Below, piece after piece: positions 19,249-29,591 of a stretch of DNA of 64,000 bases (positions are counted from its first letter, which is position 1; each line of letters opens with the position of its first letter). The notes beneath the pieces were generated by a model that saw only the letters and a list, made by a program, of their open reading frames with translations, searched no databases and had not been told where the DNA came from. This DNA comes from an uncultured delta proteobacterium (lineage in GTDB: Bacteria; Desulfobacterota; Desulfobacteria; Desulfobacterales; Desulfosalsimonadaceae), in NCBI GenBank assembly GCA_963826785.1, contig CAWGYD010000006.1, positions 32,001 through 96,000 on the forward strand, written 5' to 3'. Position numbers and translations under genes: made by a program.

Positions 19249-20838
19249 ATGGACAAACATTTTAAAAAAGAAATCGACCGGCGCCGTACGTTTGGGATCA
19301 TCAGCCACCCGGACGCCGGGAAAACCACACTTACGGAGAAAATCCTGCTTTTCGGCGGGGCCATCCAGCAGGCGGGGTCGGTCAAGGCCCGCAAGGCCCA
19401 GCGGCACGCTACCAGCGACTGGATGGCCATCGAAAAGGAGCGGGGGATCTCCGTGACCTCGTCGGTGATGAAATTCAATTACCGGGACTATGAGATCAAC
19501 CTGCTGGACACCCCCGGCCACGAGGATTTCTCCGAAGACACCTACCGGGTGCTCACCGCCGTGGACAGCGCCCTGATGGTCATCGACTCTGCAAAAGGGG
19601 TGGAACCCCAGACCGAAAAGCTCATGGCGGTCTGCCGGATGCGAAACACGCCCATCATCACCTTCATCAACAAGCTGGACCGGGACGGGATATCCCCCAT
19701 CGACATCCTGGGCGAAATCGAAGACAAGCTGCAGGTGGAATGCACGCCCCTTTCCTGGCCCATCGGAATGGGAAAACTTTTCAGGGGGGTATACAACCTG
19801 TACCATCGGCGGCTGCACCTGTTTTCCCCGGGAGAAGCCACCCGGGACCAGGACGGCATCACCATAAATGATCTTGCCGACCCCAAGCTCGACGAACTCC
19901 TGGGCTCCCAGGCCGATGCCTTGAGGGAGGACATCGAACTGCTCGAAGGCGCGGCCGACCCCTTTTCCATGGAGCACTTTCTAAACGGCAGCCAGACCCC
20001 GGTCTTCTTCGGATCGGCCATCAACAATTTCGGGGTGCGGGAAATGCTCGATGCGTTTGTGGAAATGGCCCCCCATCCCGCGGCGCGCGCTGCAGTCGAA
20101 CGCGACGTGTCCCCCTATGAGGAGGCGTTTTCCGGGTTTGCCTTTAAGATCCAGGCCAACATGAACCCGGCCCACCGGGACCGCATCGCCTTTGTCCGGA
20201 TCTGCTCGGGGAAATTCACCCGGGGGATGAAAGTAATGCACCACCGCATCGGAAAGGAAGTGGCCCTTTCCAACGCCACCATCTTCATGGCCCAGGACCG
20301 GGAAAACGTGGAAGAAGCCTATCCCGGCGACATCATCGGCATCCACAACCACGGCACCATCAAGATCGGCGACACCTTCACGGAAAAAGAACCCCTGAAA
20401 TTCACCGGCATCCCCAACTTCGCCCCCGAGCATTTCATGCGGGTGCAGCTCAAAAACCCCATCAAGGCCAAGGCCCTCCAGAAAGGACTGGTCCAGCTGG
20501 CCGAGGAAGGGGCCGTGCAGGTGTTCAAGCCCAAGAACGCCAACGCCTACATCCTTGGCGCCGTGGGCATGCTGCAGTTCGATGTGACCATGGCCCGGCT
20601 CAGGGCGGAATACGGGGTGGATGCGGTTTATGAACCCGTAAGCTTCACCGTGGCCCGCTGGGTCGAATCCGACGACCGCAAGAAACTGGCCGAATTCGAA
20701 GCCAGGCATCCAAGCAACATGGCCGTGGACGCCGAAGGCTGCCTTTCATTTCTGACCACCAGCGAATGGCAGCTCGGCTATGCCGTGGAGCAATGGCCGG
20801 CCATCCGGTTCCACAAGACCCGGGAGTTCAACCTGTAG
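19249..20838 (+). CDS. prfC: Peptide chain release factor 3
   Basis: [34 protein letters not shown] and [17 protein letters not shown] motifs. Confidence 0.97.
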   Translation: MDKHFKKEIDRRRTFGIISHPDAGKTTLTEKILLFGGAIQQAGSVKARKAQRHATSDWMAIEKERGISVTSSVMKFNYRDYEINLLDTPGHEDFSEDTYRVLTAVDSALMVIDSAKGVEPQTEKLMAVCRMRNTPIITFINKLDRDGISPIDILGEIEDKLQVECTPLSWPIGMGKLFRGVYNLYHRRLHLFSPGEATRDQDGITINDLADPKLDELLGSQADALREDIELLEGAADPFSMEHFLNGSQTPVFFGSAINNFGVREMLDAFVEMAPHPAARAAVERDVSPYEEAFSGFAFKIQANMNPAHRDRIAFVRICSGKFTRGMKVMHHRIGKEVALSNATIFMAQDRENVEEAYPGDIIGIHNHGTIKIGDTFTEKEPLKFTGIPNFAPEHFMRVQLKNPIKAKALQKGLVQLAEEGAVQVFKPKNANAYILGAVGMLQFDVTMARLRAEYGVDAVYEPVSFTVARWVESDDRKKLAEFEARHPSNMAVDAEGCLSFLTTSEWQLGYAVEQWPAIRFHKTREFNL

Positions 20839-20862
20839 GGGCGTGCCCCTGTGCCCGGCCCT
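20835..20862. repeat. Degenerate GTAG-type REP supplying the prfC stop codon
   Basis: GTAGGGGCGTGCCCCTGTGCCCGGCCCT; the TAG of GTAG is the prfC stop. Confidence 0.5.
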
Positions 20863-20889
20863 CCTGCCGACGAATGACGGAGCATCTTC

Positions 20890-21267
20890 CTACGACATGG
20901 TGTGGATCCCGATGCGGTTTCCTTCGCTGTCCTGAAAAATCCCGATGTATCCATATTCCCCGATACGGGTGCGGCTCAGCAGGACCCGGCCCCCCCGGGT
21001 TTCGACACGGGTAAGGGTCTTCATGATATCCGGCGTACTGAAATACACCAGGACCCCGCCGGAAGAGGGCTCATACCCTTCGCCTTTGGCCAGTGTCCCT
21101 GCGGCCCCCGGCACCCCTTCCCGCATGGGAAACCACGCCATCTGGACCTCGCCCACCATGTGCTCCTCCAGGTTCATTTCAAATACATGCTCATAAAATT
21201 TTCGGGCACGGTTGAAGTCTTTCACCGGGATTTCAAACCACCCCACTGGATTTGTCTTTTCGCTCAT
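20890..21267 (-). CDS. VOC/glyoxalase-family protein
   Basis: NPVGWFEIPV..RARKFYE, GVLVYF and DSEGNRIGIH motifs. Confidence 0.88.
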   Translation of the reverse strand: MSEKTNPVGWFEIPVKDFNRARKFYEHVFEMNLEEHMVGEVQMAWFPMREGVPGAAGTLAKGEGYEPSSGGVLVYFSTPDIMKTLTRVETRGGRVLLSRTRIGEYGYIGIFQDSEGNRIGIHTMS

Positions 21268-21524
21268 GGCCGTATCTCCTGTATACTTGCCGGGCACCGG
21301 TTTGCCAGCCATATACCTTTGACCAATCTGCCGGGCCCGGCCATATGGTGATGATAATGTTCCTGATGAACCGCCTTAAAATCCATCAGCCCCTTGCGCA
21401 TAGGATAGAACCGGATGCCCCGTTTTCAATTGGGCGCCTTCAATCAAACTTGTCAATCGGGGAATCTTCATTTAGAGTGATACCTTTAATCAATCGCTAT
21501 CGTTTAGCCTCCGCTGGCGGTCCG

Positions 21525-21625
21525 AACACCCCCCTTGGTCCCCCCTCGCAGGGGGGAATAAAAAAAGGAGTCCCCCCTTGTATGGGGAAGAAAGAACTCG
21601 GAGGGTGGAGTTAAGGGGGGGGGTG
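21525..21625. repeat. C-run/G-run palindromic REP/MITE-like element
   Basis: ACACCCCCCTTGGTCCCCCCTCGCAGGGGGGAAT ... TTAAGGGGGGGGGTG; same architecture as 3175-3292. Confidence 0.7.
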
Positions 21626-21736
21626 CTGGCGACGGCCGTTAGGATTCAAAAATTTCCTTGCTGCAAAACACCGTCCGGCGGGGGCGGAAGAGTTTATGAT
21701 TTCATCTTAACGGATGCATGGATCAAAGGGAGAAAA

Positions 21737-22933
21737 ATGGCGTCAGCCGGCAAAAAATATAAATGGATGATCGGGATGATCATCGTGGCGGGTCTTATCG
21801 GATGGGTCGTTTCCGGCCGGTTCGGTCATCAGTCGGAATCCGGGGGTCGAAACGATGCGCCTGAAGCGGTGCCCGTAAAGGTCGCTCCTGTTCGGCACGG
21901 CCCCATTGAACTGCGGCGCATGTTTTCCGGCGCCCTGGAAGCCACCGCCCAGTTCGTGGTGGCCCCCAAGGTGGGCGGCCGCGTGGAGCGCCTGGCCGTG
22001 GATCTTGCCGACCCGGTGGACCGGGGCCAGGTGGTGGCCCAGCTCGACGATGACGAGTACGTGCAGGCCGTGGCCCAGGCCCGGGCGGATCTTGCCGTGG
22101 CAAACGCCAACCTCTCGGAAGCCAAAAACGCCCTTGAGATCGCCAACCGGGAATATAACCGGCTGGAAACCCTGCGCAAGCGCGGGGTGGCCTCGGAATC
22201 CCAGCTGGATGTGGCCCGGGCGGGTCAGCTGGAGAAGCAGGCCGGGGTGGAGGTGGCCGAGGCCCAGCTGCTCAAGGCAGATGCATTTCTCGAAACCGCC
22301 AACATCCGGCTCGGGTACACCCGGGTGACCGCCGACTGGACCGGCGGCAATGAACAGCGGGTAGTGGCCGAACGGCTCATCGACGAAGGCAACATGGTAT
22401 CGGCCAACACCCCCCTGCTGGCCATCGTGGAACTCGATCCCATCACCGGCGTCATCTTCGTCACCGAGAAGGATTACGCCCGGATGGCCCCCGGACAGTC
22501 CGCCGACCTGACCACGGATGCTTTTCCCGGCGAAACCTTTACCGGCCGCATTACCCGCATTTCCCCGGTATTCCGCCAGGCCACCCGGCAGGCGCGGGTG
22601 GAGCTTTCCATCGACAACCCGAACCGCCGGCTCAAGCCGGGCATGTTCATCCGGGCCACGGTGGTGCTCGACCGGGTGGATGATGCCCTGATCATACCGG
22701 AGCAGGCGCTGACCCGGAGGGGGGATCGCGAAGGGGTGTTTGTGGTGCCGGACGACGGACAAACCGCCAAATGGCGCGAGGTGGAGCTGGGCATCCGGGA
22801 GGACGGCCAGGTGCAGGTCAAGGGAAATGCGCTTTCCGGCCGGGTGGTGGTGCTGGGCCAGCAGCTCCTGGACGACGGATCGACGGTCACCATTCCCCGG
22901 GAAAACCCGGCCGCCGAGGGTTTTGCACAATGA
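21737..22933 (+). CDS. RND efflux periplasmic adaptor (MFP)
   Basis: N-terminal TM, PKVGGRV..V..GQVVAQLD, coiled-coil hairpin, LKPGMF. Confidence 0.9.
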   Translation: MASAGKKYKWMIGMIIVAGLIGWVVSGRFGHQSESGGRNDAPEAVPVKVAPVRHGPIELRRMFSGALEATAQFVVAPKVGGRVERLAVDLADPVDRGQVVAQLDDDEYVQAVAQARADLAVANANLSEAKNALEIANREYNRLETLRKRGVASESQLDVARAGQLEKQAGVEVAEAQLLKADAFLETANIRLGYTRVTADWTGGNEQRVVAERLIDEGNMVSANTPLLAIVELDPITGVIFVTEKDYARMAPGQSADLTTDAFPGETFTGRITRISPVFRQATRQARVELSIDNPNRRLKPGMFIRATVVLDRVDDALIIPEQALTRRGDREGVFVVPDDGQTAKWREVELGIREDGQVQVKGNALSGRVVVLGQQLLDDGSTVTIPRENPAAEGFAQ

Positions 22934-25900
22934 ACCTCCCGCGCTTCAGCGTTCAGCGGCCCATCTTCACCACAATGGTCACACTGATCGTGGTCATCAT
23001 CGGAGCGGTTTCTTTAAGCCGCCTGCGGATCGATCTTCTGCCCGATATCGAAATGCCCACCGTCTCCGTCTCCACCGAGTACGAGGGGGCAAGCCCGGAG
23101 GTGATGGAGCGGCTGGTCACCCGGATTATCGAAGAAATCGTGGCCACCGTTCCCGGGGTGGAAGAGATCACCTCCCAGTCGTCCGAGGGGAGCAGCACCA
23201 TCCGGGTCAGCTTCGTCTGGGGAACCGACATCAACACCGCCGCCCTGGATGTCCAGTCCAAGATCGAAGACGAAATCAACGAACTGCCCGAAGATGTGGT
23301 CCGCCCCGGTATCCGGAAATTCGACATCTCCGGCTTCCCCGTGGTGATCCTGGGGGTATCGAGCAATCTCGACCCCGTGGAGATGACCGAACTGGTGGAA
23401 AACCAGATCCGCTACCGCTTCGGCCGCATCCCCGGGGTGGCCCAGGTGGACGTGTGGGGGGGGTTCAACCGGGAGGTCCGCATCGAACTGGACCCCGACC
23501 GGATCAAAGCCCTGGGCCTTCCGTTAAACCTCGTGATCGCATCCCTCGAGAACGCCAATGTCGACCTTCCCGCGGGCAAGATCGAGCAGGGCCGCTTCGA
23601 GGTGACCCTTCGGGCCCCGGCAGAATTCAACAACCTGGACCAGATCCGCAACACGGTACTTGTCACCCGAAACGGGGCCGCGGTCACTTTGGGACAGATC
23701 GCCGACGTCACCGACACCTATGAGAAGATCACGCGGGTTGTCCGGGTCAACGGCGAACGCGGCATCCGGGTGGGCATCCGCAAGCAGGCCGATGCCAACA
23801 CCGTTGAAGTCTCCAATGCCATATTAAAGGAAATCGATGCCGTGAACCGGGCCTTTCCCCAGGTTCACATCGTGCCGGTGATCAACCAGGGAAACTTCAT
23901 CGAGCGCTCCATCGACAACGTGGCCAACTCGGTGATGTACGGCGGCGGGCTGGCCATCCTGGTGCTGCTGTTTTTCCTGCGCAACATCCGCAGCACCGTG
24001 GTGATCTCCCTGGCCATTCCCATATCGATTATCGCCACCTTTGCCCTGATCTATTTCGGGGGATTCACCTTGAACCTGATGACCCTGGGCGGCCTGGCTT
24101 TAGGGGTGGGCATGATGGTGGATACCTCCATCGTGGTGCTGGAAAATATCTACCGGCGCCGGGACGAGGAGCATGAATCCGCCGAAACCGCATCCGTGGA
24201 AGGCACCCGGGAGGTCAGCGCCGCCATTGTGGCCAGCACACTGACCACCCTGGTTATTTTTCTGCCCCTGGTATTCGTGCGCGGGGTGTCGGGCATCCTG
24301 TTCAAGGAACTGGCTTATGTCATCATCTTCTCCCTGATCTGCTCCCTGCTGGTGTCGCTGAGCCTGGTGCCCATGCTGGCCTCGAGGCTGCTGCGGGCGC
24401 CCGGATCGGCAAAGTCCGGGGGGTTCGGAAAGTTCGCCGCCGCATCGGAGCGCTTTTTCACCGGTTTGACCACCGCATACCGCAACCTGCTCTCAAAGGT
24501 GCTGGCCCACCGGCTGATGACCGTGGCTGCGGCCGCGGCGATTCTTGGCGCCAGCCTGCTGCTGCTCCCCCTGATCGGCACGGAATTTCTCCCTCCCAGC
24601 GACGAGGGGGAGGTTCGGGTGACCGGAGAAATGGAGATCGGAACCCGCCTTGCACTGGTGGATCAGCAGACCCGGAAGATGGAATCCATCGTCATGCCCG
24701 CAGTCCCCGAAGCCATTTCATCTGTGGTGAGCGTGGGCGCCTCCGGCCGCCACGCCGCTGAATCCGCCCAGGGCGAGATCCGGCTGTCGCTCACCCCGTC
24801 GGCCCAGCGCAAGCGCTCCAACGTGGAGATCGCGGCAGACCTGCAGGCAGCGCCTGGCCGGCAAAATCCCCGGGATGGAAATCCGCACCCGGGCGCCCCA
24901 GGGCCAGTTTATCCTGGACCGGATTTTAGGCGGGGACGAGGGGGTGACCATCGACATCCGGGGATTTGAACTCGATACCCTGGATGAACTGGCCCGGCAG
25001 GCCGCCGGGGCCATAAAAGACGTGGAAGGGATCACCGACATCGATATTTCCAAGGAAGCCGGCATTCCCCAGCAGGAAATCCAGGTGGACCGGAACAAGA
25101 TCGCCGATTTCGGGCTTTCCGTGCGCGATGTCACCGAGGTGATCGAAACGGCGGTGGCCGGATCAAATGCCGGCGAATACCGGACTGAAGGAAACTCCTA
25201 CCGCATGCTGGTGCAGCTCAAGGATGCACAAAAGCGGTCCCTGGATGAAATCCTGGACCTTACCCTGGCCACGACATCGGGAGACCAGGTGTCCCTGCGC
25301 AACGTGGTCTCCACCGAGTCCGGACGGGGCCCCATCGTCATCGACCGCAAGGGGCAGCAGCGCCTGGTCACGGTTACCGCAAACGTGGCCGGACGGGACC
25401 TGGGATCGGTGGCCGCCGACGTGCAGACCCGGCTGGACAAAATCCCCCGGCCGGTGGGATATGACCTGACGGTGGCGGGCAATTTCGAGGAGCAGCAAAA
25501 GGCCTTCGGGGAACTGATCGTCTCCCTGCTGCTGGCCCTGGTCCTGGTTTACATGGTGCTGGCCTGCCAGTACGAATCCCTGATCAATCCACTGGTGGTC
25601 ATGCTCAGTGTTCCGGTGGCGGCCGTGGGCGTGCTGGTCACCCTGTTTCTGACCCACACCACCCTGAATATCCAGTCCTACATCGGCTGCATCATGCTGG
25701 GCGGCATCGTGGTCAACAATGCCATCCTGCTGGTGGACCAGGCCGGGCAGCTGGGCCGGACGGGGATGGGGGTGCGCGAAGCCGTGGCCGAAGCCGGCCG
25801 GCGGCGCCTGCGGCCCATCCTGATGACCACCCTGACCACCATCCTGGGGCTGATGCCCCTGGCGCTGGGCATCGGCGAAGGGGCCGAAGCCCAGGCGCCC

Positions 25901-26005
25901 CTGGCCCGCGCCGTGGTGGGCGGGCTCACCGGATCGACCTTGATCACCCTGGTGCTCATCCCGGCGGTCTATTCCCTGTTCCACAGGGAGAAGGCCGTCG
26001 GATAG
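22930..26005 (+). CDS. RND efflux permease (AcrB/AcrD/AcrF family); +1 frameshift near 24847
   Basis: [34 protein letters not shown] and [13 protein letters not shown] motifs. The frame switches at [13 protein letters not shown]. Confidence 0.9.
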
Positions 26006-26047
26006 AAATTTCTACATCGTGAATATGACGTACACGGAAATTTGATC

Positions 26048-26082
26048 AAGTCCCCCCCGCCCTCTTTGCGAAAGGGGGGAGA
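26048..26082. repeat. C-run/G-run palindromic REP-like unit
   Basis: AAGTCCCCCCCGCCCTCTTTGCGAAAGGGGGGAG. Confidence 0.55.
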
Positions 26083-26180
26083 AAGTGCACCCAAACGCAA
26101 TGCTGGAGTCATATAGATACGCACAAAAAATGTATCATGGGACATCGGGACATTGGGCAAGAAAAGGAAACCGAAGAAGT

Positions 26181-27809
26181 ATGCTCCAGAAAAATTTTTT
26201 AAATTTGAGGTCTCTTTCAGCCCTCCTGCTGATCCTGTTCATATCCGCCTGCGCCCCCGACCGATGGGCGATTTTCTCCTATGATCAAAACCGGTATGCG
26301 CCGGAGAAAATGGATTCGCCCGTCGACATCCCGGATACGGTCAAACCCGAATTCGCCGAAAAACCCATAGAGGCAGGCTCCCGTGCCTGCCCTGTCAACG
26401 GCACCCTGGACCTCTCCATCGAACAGGCGGCCATGCTGGCCCTGGGCCAGAATCGGGATCTTCGGGTCCGGCAGCTCAACCCGGTGATCACCGGCACCTT
26501 CGAGCAGATCGAGCGGGGGGTGTTCGACCCGGAGCTGTTTGCGGATTTTGAATACTTCGATGAACGGGCCACGGAAACCTCCCGGGCCACCGGCGAACAA
26601 TTTTCAGTGGAAGGAAGCGATACCATTTCCGAGGCCGGAGTCCGTCAGGACCTGCCCACCGGCACCACCCTGGAGGCATCCGTCGCCCAGCAGCGCAGCG
26701 CCTCCAACCGCACCCCCGAGGAGCAGACCGCCCGGGTGGGTTTGAGCATCACCCAGTCGCTGCTGCAGGGGTTCGGGCCCGCAGTCAACCTGGTGGATGT
26801 TCGACAGGCCGAACTGGAAACCGAAATCAGTTTTTATGAACTGCGGGGGTTTGTGGAAGCCCTGTTGGCCGAAACCGAAACCGCTTACTGGAATTTCGTG
26901 CTGGCCAAGAAGGAAATCGCCATTTTCGACCAGTCCCTGGCCATTGCCGAACAGCAGCTCAATGAGGTGGAGCAGCAGATCTCGGTGGGGCTGCTGCCGG
27001 AAGTGGAGGCCGCCGCGGCCCGGGCCGAAGTGGCCCGGCGGAACCAGGCACTGATCGAGGCCCGCAGCCTGCTGGAGGAGCGGCGCTTGAGGCTCCTGCG
27101 GCTGATCAATCCAGCAGAGGACGGATTTTCCCTCCACGTGAATGCCGTCAGCGAACCGCTTATCGATCCGGAGCCGATCACGGACCTGGCCGACCGCATC
27201 GAGCTGGCGCTGCACTCCCGGCCGGACCTGAACGAGGCCCGCCTGCGCCTGCGGCAGAACCGCCTGGAAACCATTCTCACCCGAAACGGGATGCTGCCCC
27301 GCCTGGACTTGTTTGCCGCCCTGGGACAAACCGGGTATGCAGACAGCTTTTCCCGTTCATTTAAAGAACTCGACGGCAACACCTATGATTTTTCAGCAGG
27401 TTTCCGCTTTTCCCATTACCTGGGCAACCGGGCCGCTAACGCCGCCGACCTGCAAGCCCGGGCAAGCCGGCTCCAGGCAGCCGAATCGGTGGAGAACCTG
27501 GCCCAGATCATTCGCCTGGATGTCCGGCTGGCCGCCAACGAAGTGGAGCGCACCCGGCAGCAGATCGGAGCCAGCCGGGCCACCCGCATCCTCCAGGAGC
27601 AGTCCCTGGCCGCGGAAAAGGAGCGCTTCAAGGTCGGCACCTCCACCTCCCTGCTCATCGCCCAGGCCCAGCGAGACCTCCTGGCCGCCAGCATCGTCGA
27701 AGTCACCTCCATCGTCAACTACCGCATCGCCTTAGTCCAGCTCTACCTGGCTGAAGGGACATTGCTGGAACGCCGGGGGGTGAAGATGGCCGAAATCGGC
27801 AGATTGTAA
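26181..27809 (+). CDS. TolC-family outer-membrane efflux protein (lipoprotein signal)
   Basis: LLLILFISA-C lipobox, ITQSLLQG, ETAYW, RPDL, and ERFKVGTSTSLLIAQAQRDL. Confidence 0.88.
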   Translation: MLQKNFLNLRSLSALLLILFISACAPDRWAIFSYDQNRYAPEKMDSPVDIPDTVKPEFAEKPIEAGSRACPVNGTLDLSIEQAAMLALGQNRDLRVRQLNPVITGTFEQIERGVFDPELFADFEYFDERATETSRATGEQFSVEGSDTISEAGVRQDLPTGTTLEASVAQQRSASNRTPEEQTARVGLSITQSLLQGFGPAVNLVDVRQAELETEISFYELRGFVEALLAETETAYWNFVLAKKEIAIFDQSLAIAEQQLNEVEQQISVGLLPEVEAAAARAEVARRNQALIEARSLLEERRLRLLRLINPAEDGFSLHVNAVSEPLIDPEPITDLADRIELALHSRPDLNEARLRLRQNRLETILTRNGMLPRLDLFAALGQTGYADSFSRSFKELDGNTYDFSAGFRFSHYLGNRAANAADLQARASRLQAAESVENLAQIIRLDVRLAANEVERTRQQIGASRATRILQEQSLAAEKERFKVGTSTSLLIAQAQRDLLAASIVEVTSIVNYRIALVQLYLAEGTLLERRGVKMAEIGRL

Positions 27810-27850
27810 ATAGAAAATTCGACGCCGCCGCCCCCGGGCATCAGTCCCCT

Positions 27851-29355
27851 TTGCCCGCTTCAGTGTCTAACGCGGTTACCCTGGGCAACCATGAGTTCGA
27901 CTGGGGGCCCCAGGGGCTGGCGATGCTGCTTGGCAACGGGCTGGCTAACGGATTTTCGGTGCCCATTGTGGCATCAAATATGGCCTCAAACGGTTCGGCC
28001 CTTGATTTGCTTCCGCCGGGCACAATTATCAACAAAAAAATATCCATTTTGCCCAACGGCTTTAAAATCGGACTCCTCGGCCTGACGGGGCCGGATTCGG
28101 ATGAAAAGGCACCCGTGGCCTCACCGGTGACCTTTAATCATGACTACGTTTTTATCCAGAACTGCGTAAATGATCTGCGGAACAATGACGAGGTCGACCT
28201 GGTGGTGGTGCTGTCCCACGGCGGAGTGGAAAACGACGGGTCCGGAGACGACGCCGACCTCGCTGAAAATGTCAGCGGCATCGATATCATCGCATCGGGT
28301 CATTTTCATACGGCAACGGAGGGAGCCGTGGTTTCGGGCGCTTCGAATTCCATCATCTTTTCCCCCGGTGAATACGGTGAATTTTTGAGCCGGCTGGATG
28401 TCACCTACAGCCCGGATCTGGACCGGGTGGTTGGATTCAATTTGAACCTGCTGGCTGTGGATGATACCGTGCCTGGAAATGAGGATGTCCAGGAAGTGGT
28501 GAACGAATATAACTCAAAGATCAACCTGGCACTCGCCAGTGGAGACCTTCCCCAACTGGCCGACACCGTCTCCAATACCGGTTTTGATCTCACGCTTTCC
28601 CCCTTCCAGGTGACCGGACTGGGCAGCCTCTGCGCGGACGCGGTGCGAAACGTGTCCAATGCCGTGGCAGAATTTGACTTTTAGGGACCCCCATTGACAT
28701 CGGCATCGTACCCAGCGGCGTGATCCGGGATCCGATCCTTGCCGGAAACACGGGGGTTATATCTTTTATGGATACTTACAACTGCCTGCCCTTAGGGATA
28801 TCGCCCTATCAAAACCCGAACGACCCTCCCGGCTACCCTCTGATGCATGCCTATCTAAATGGTATGGAAGTCTACACCATGTGCGAGGTCGGGATGACGC
28901 TTTCCCGGATGATCGGGTCGGATTATTACCTGAATTTTTCGGGACTCAAAATCGACTATGATCCATCCCAGGCAATGGACTTCCACGGGGTGCAGGCGGT
29001 ATACCTCTATTCACCTGCGGACCCGTTCTGCACGGGAACACCGACCGTGATCAACCCCTATGATCCGGACAATCTCTATCATATCGCTGTCGACCTCTAC
29101 GCCCTGCAAATGTTAAATGTAGTCACAGGTTATGGATTTCCCCTTGTTCCCAAAAAAGCCGATGGAACACCCCTTACCTCGGCCGACTACATCAACTACC
29201 GCATCGATGCGACACCCGACGCCGGTGTGATGGAACTCAAGGAATGGCTGGCCCTGCTCGAATATCTTCCAACTTTCGGGGGTGCCGTTCCTTCTGAGGT
29301 TTATGGTCCGGGCGGAGCAGTTATGGGCCGCGTAAATTACACAACTGCACCTTAA
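27851..29355 (+). pseudogene. 5'-truncated bifunctional metallophosphatase/5'-nucleotidase, with +1 frameshift near 28680
   Basis: Begins at AVTLGNHEFDWG and keeps LSHGG and IASGHFH. It lacks a signal peptide and the first DxH/GD metal motifs. The C-domain continues in another frame (LGTPIDIGIVPSGVIRD..NFSGL). Confidence 0.7.
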
Positions 29356-29378
29356 GTTTTAACTTCCAAGCATCCCTC

Positions 29379-29591
29379 TTGGTAATGATTAACGTTTGGA
29401 ACCGGCAAGAGATCCCTCCGCTTGCGGCCAAGCGCATTTTTCAGCGCAACTTCAGCACCAAGGCCGAGTACGGCCGGGGGATCGGCACCTATTCCATGAA
29501 AATCATCGGCGAGCAGATCCTGTCCGGAAATGTTTCCTTTTGCAGTTCGGCTGCGGAGGGGACGACGTTTTTTCTCAGCCTCCCGCTTTGA
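29379..29591 (+). pseudogene. Histidine-kinase HATPase_c C-terminal remnant
   Basis: RIFQRNFSTK..GRGIGTYSMK..GTTFFLSLP (F, G2 and G3 boxes only); no N-terminal domains. Confidence 0.65.

Noticed and set aside
19100..19300. SXT/R391-type ICE attachment site at prfC
   Set aside because: No integrase, no conjugation genes and no duplicated prfC 5' segment were found in the window.
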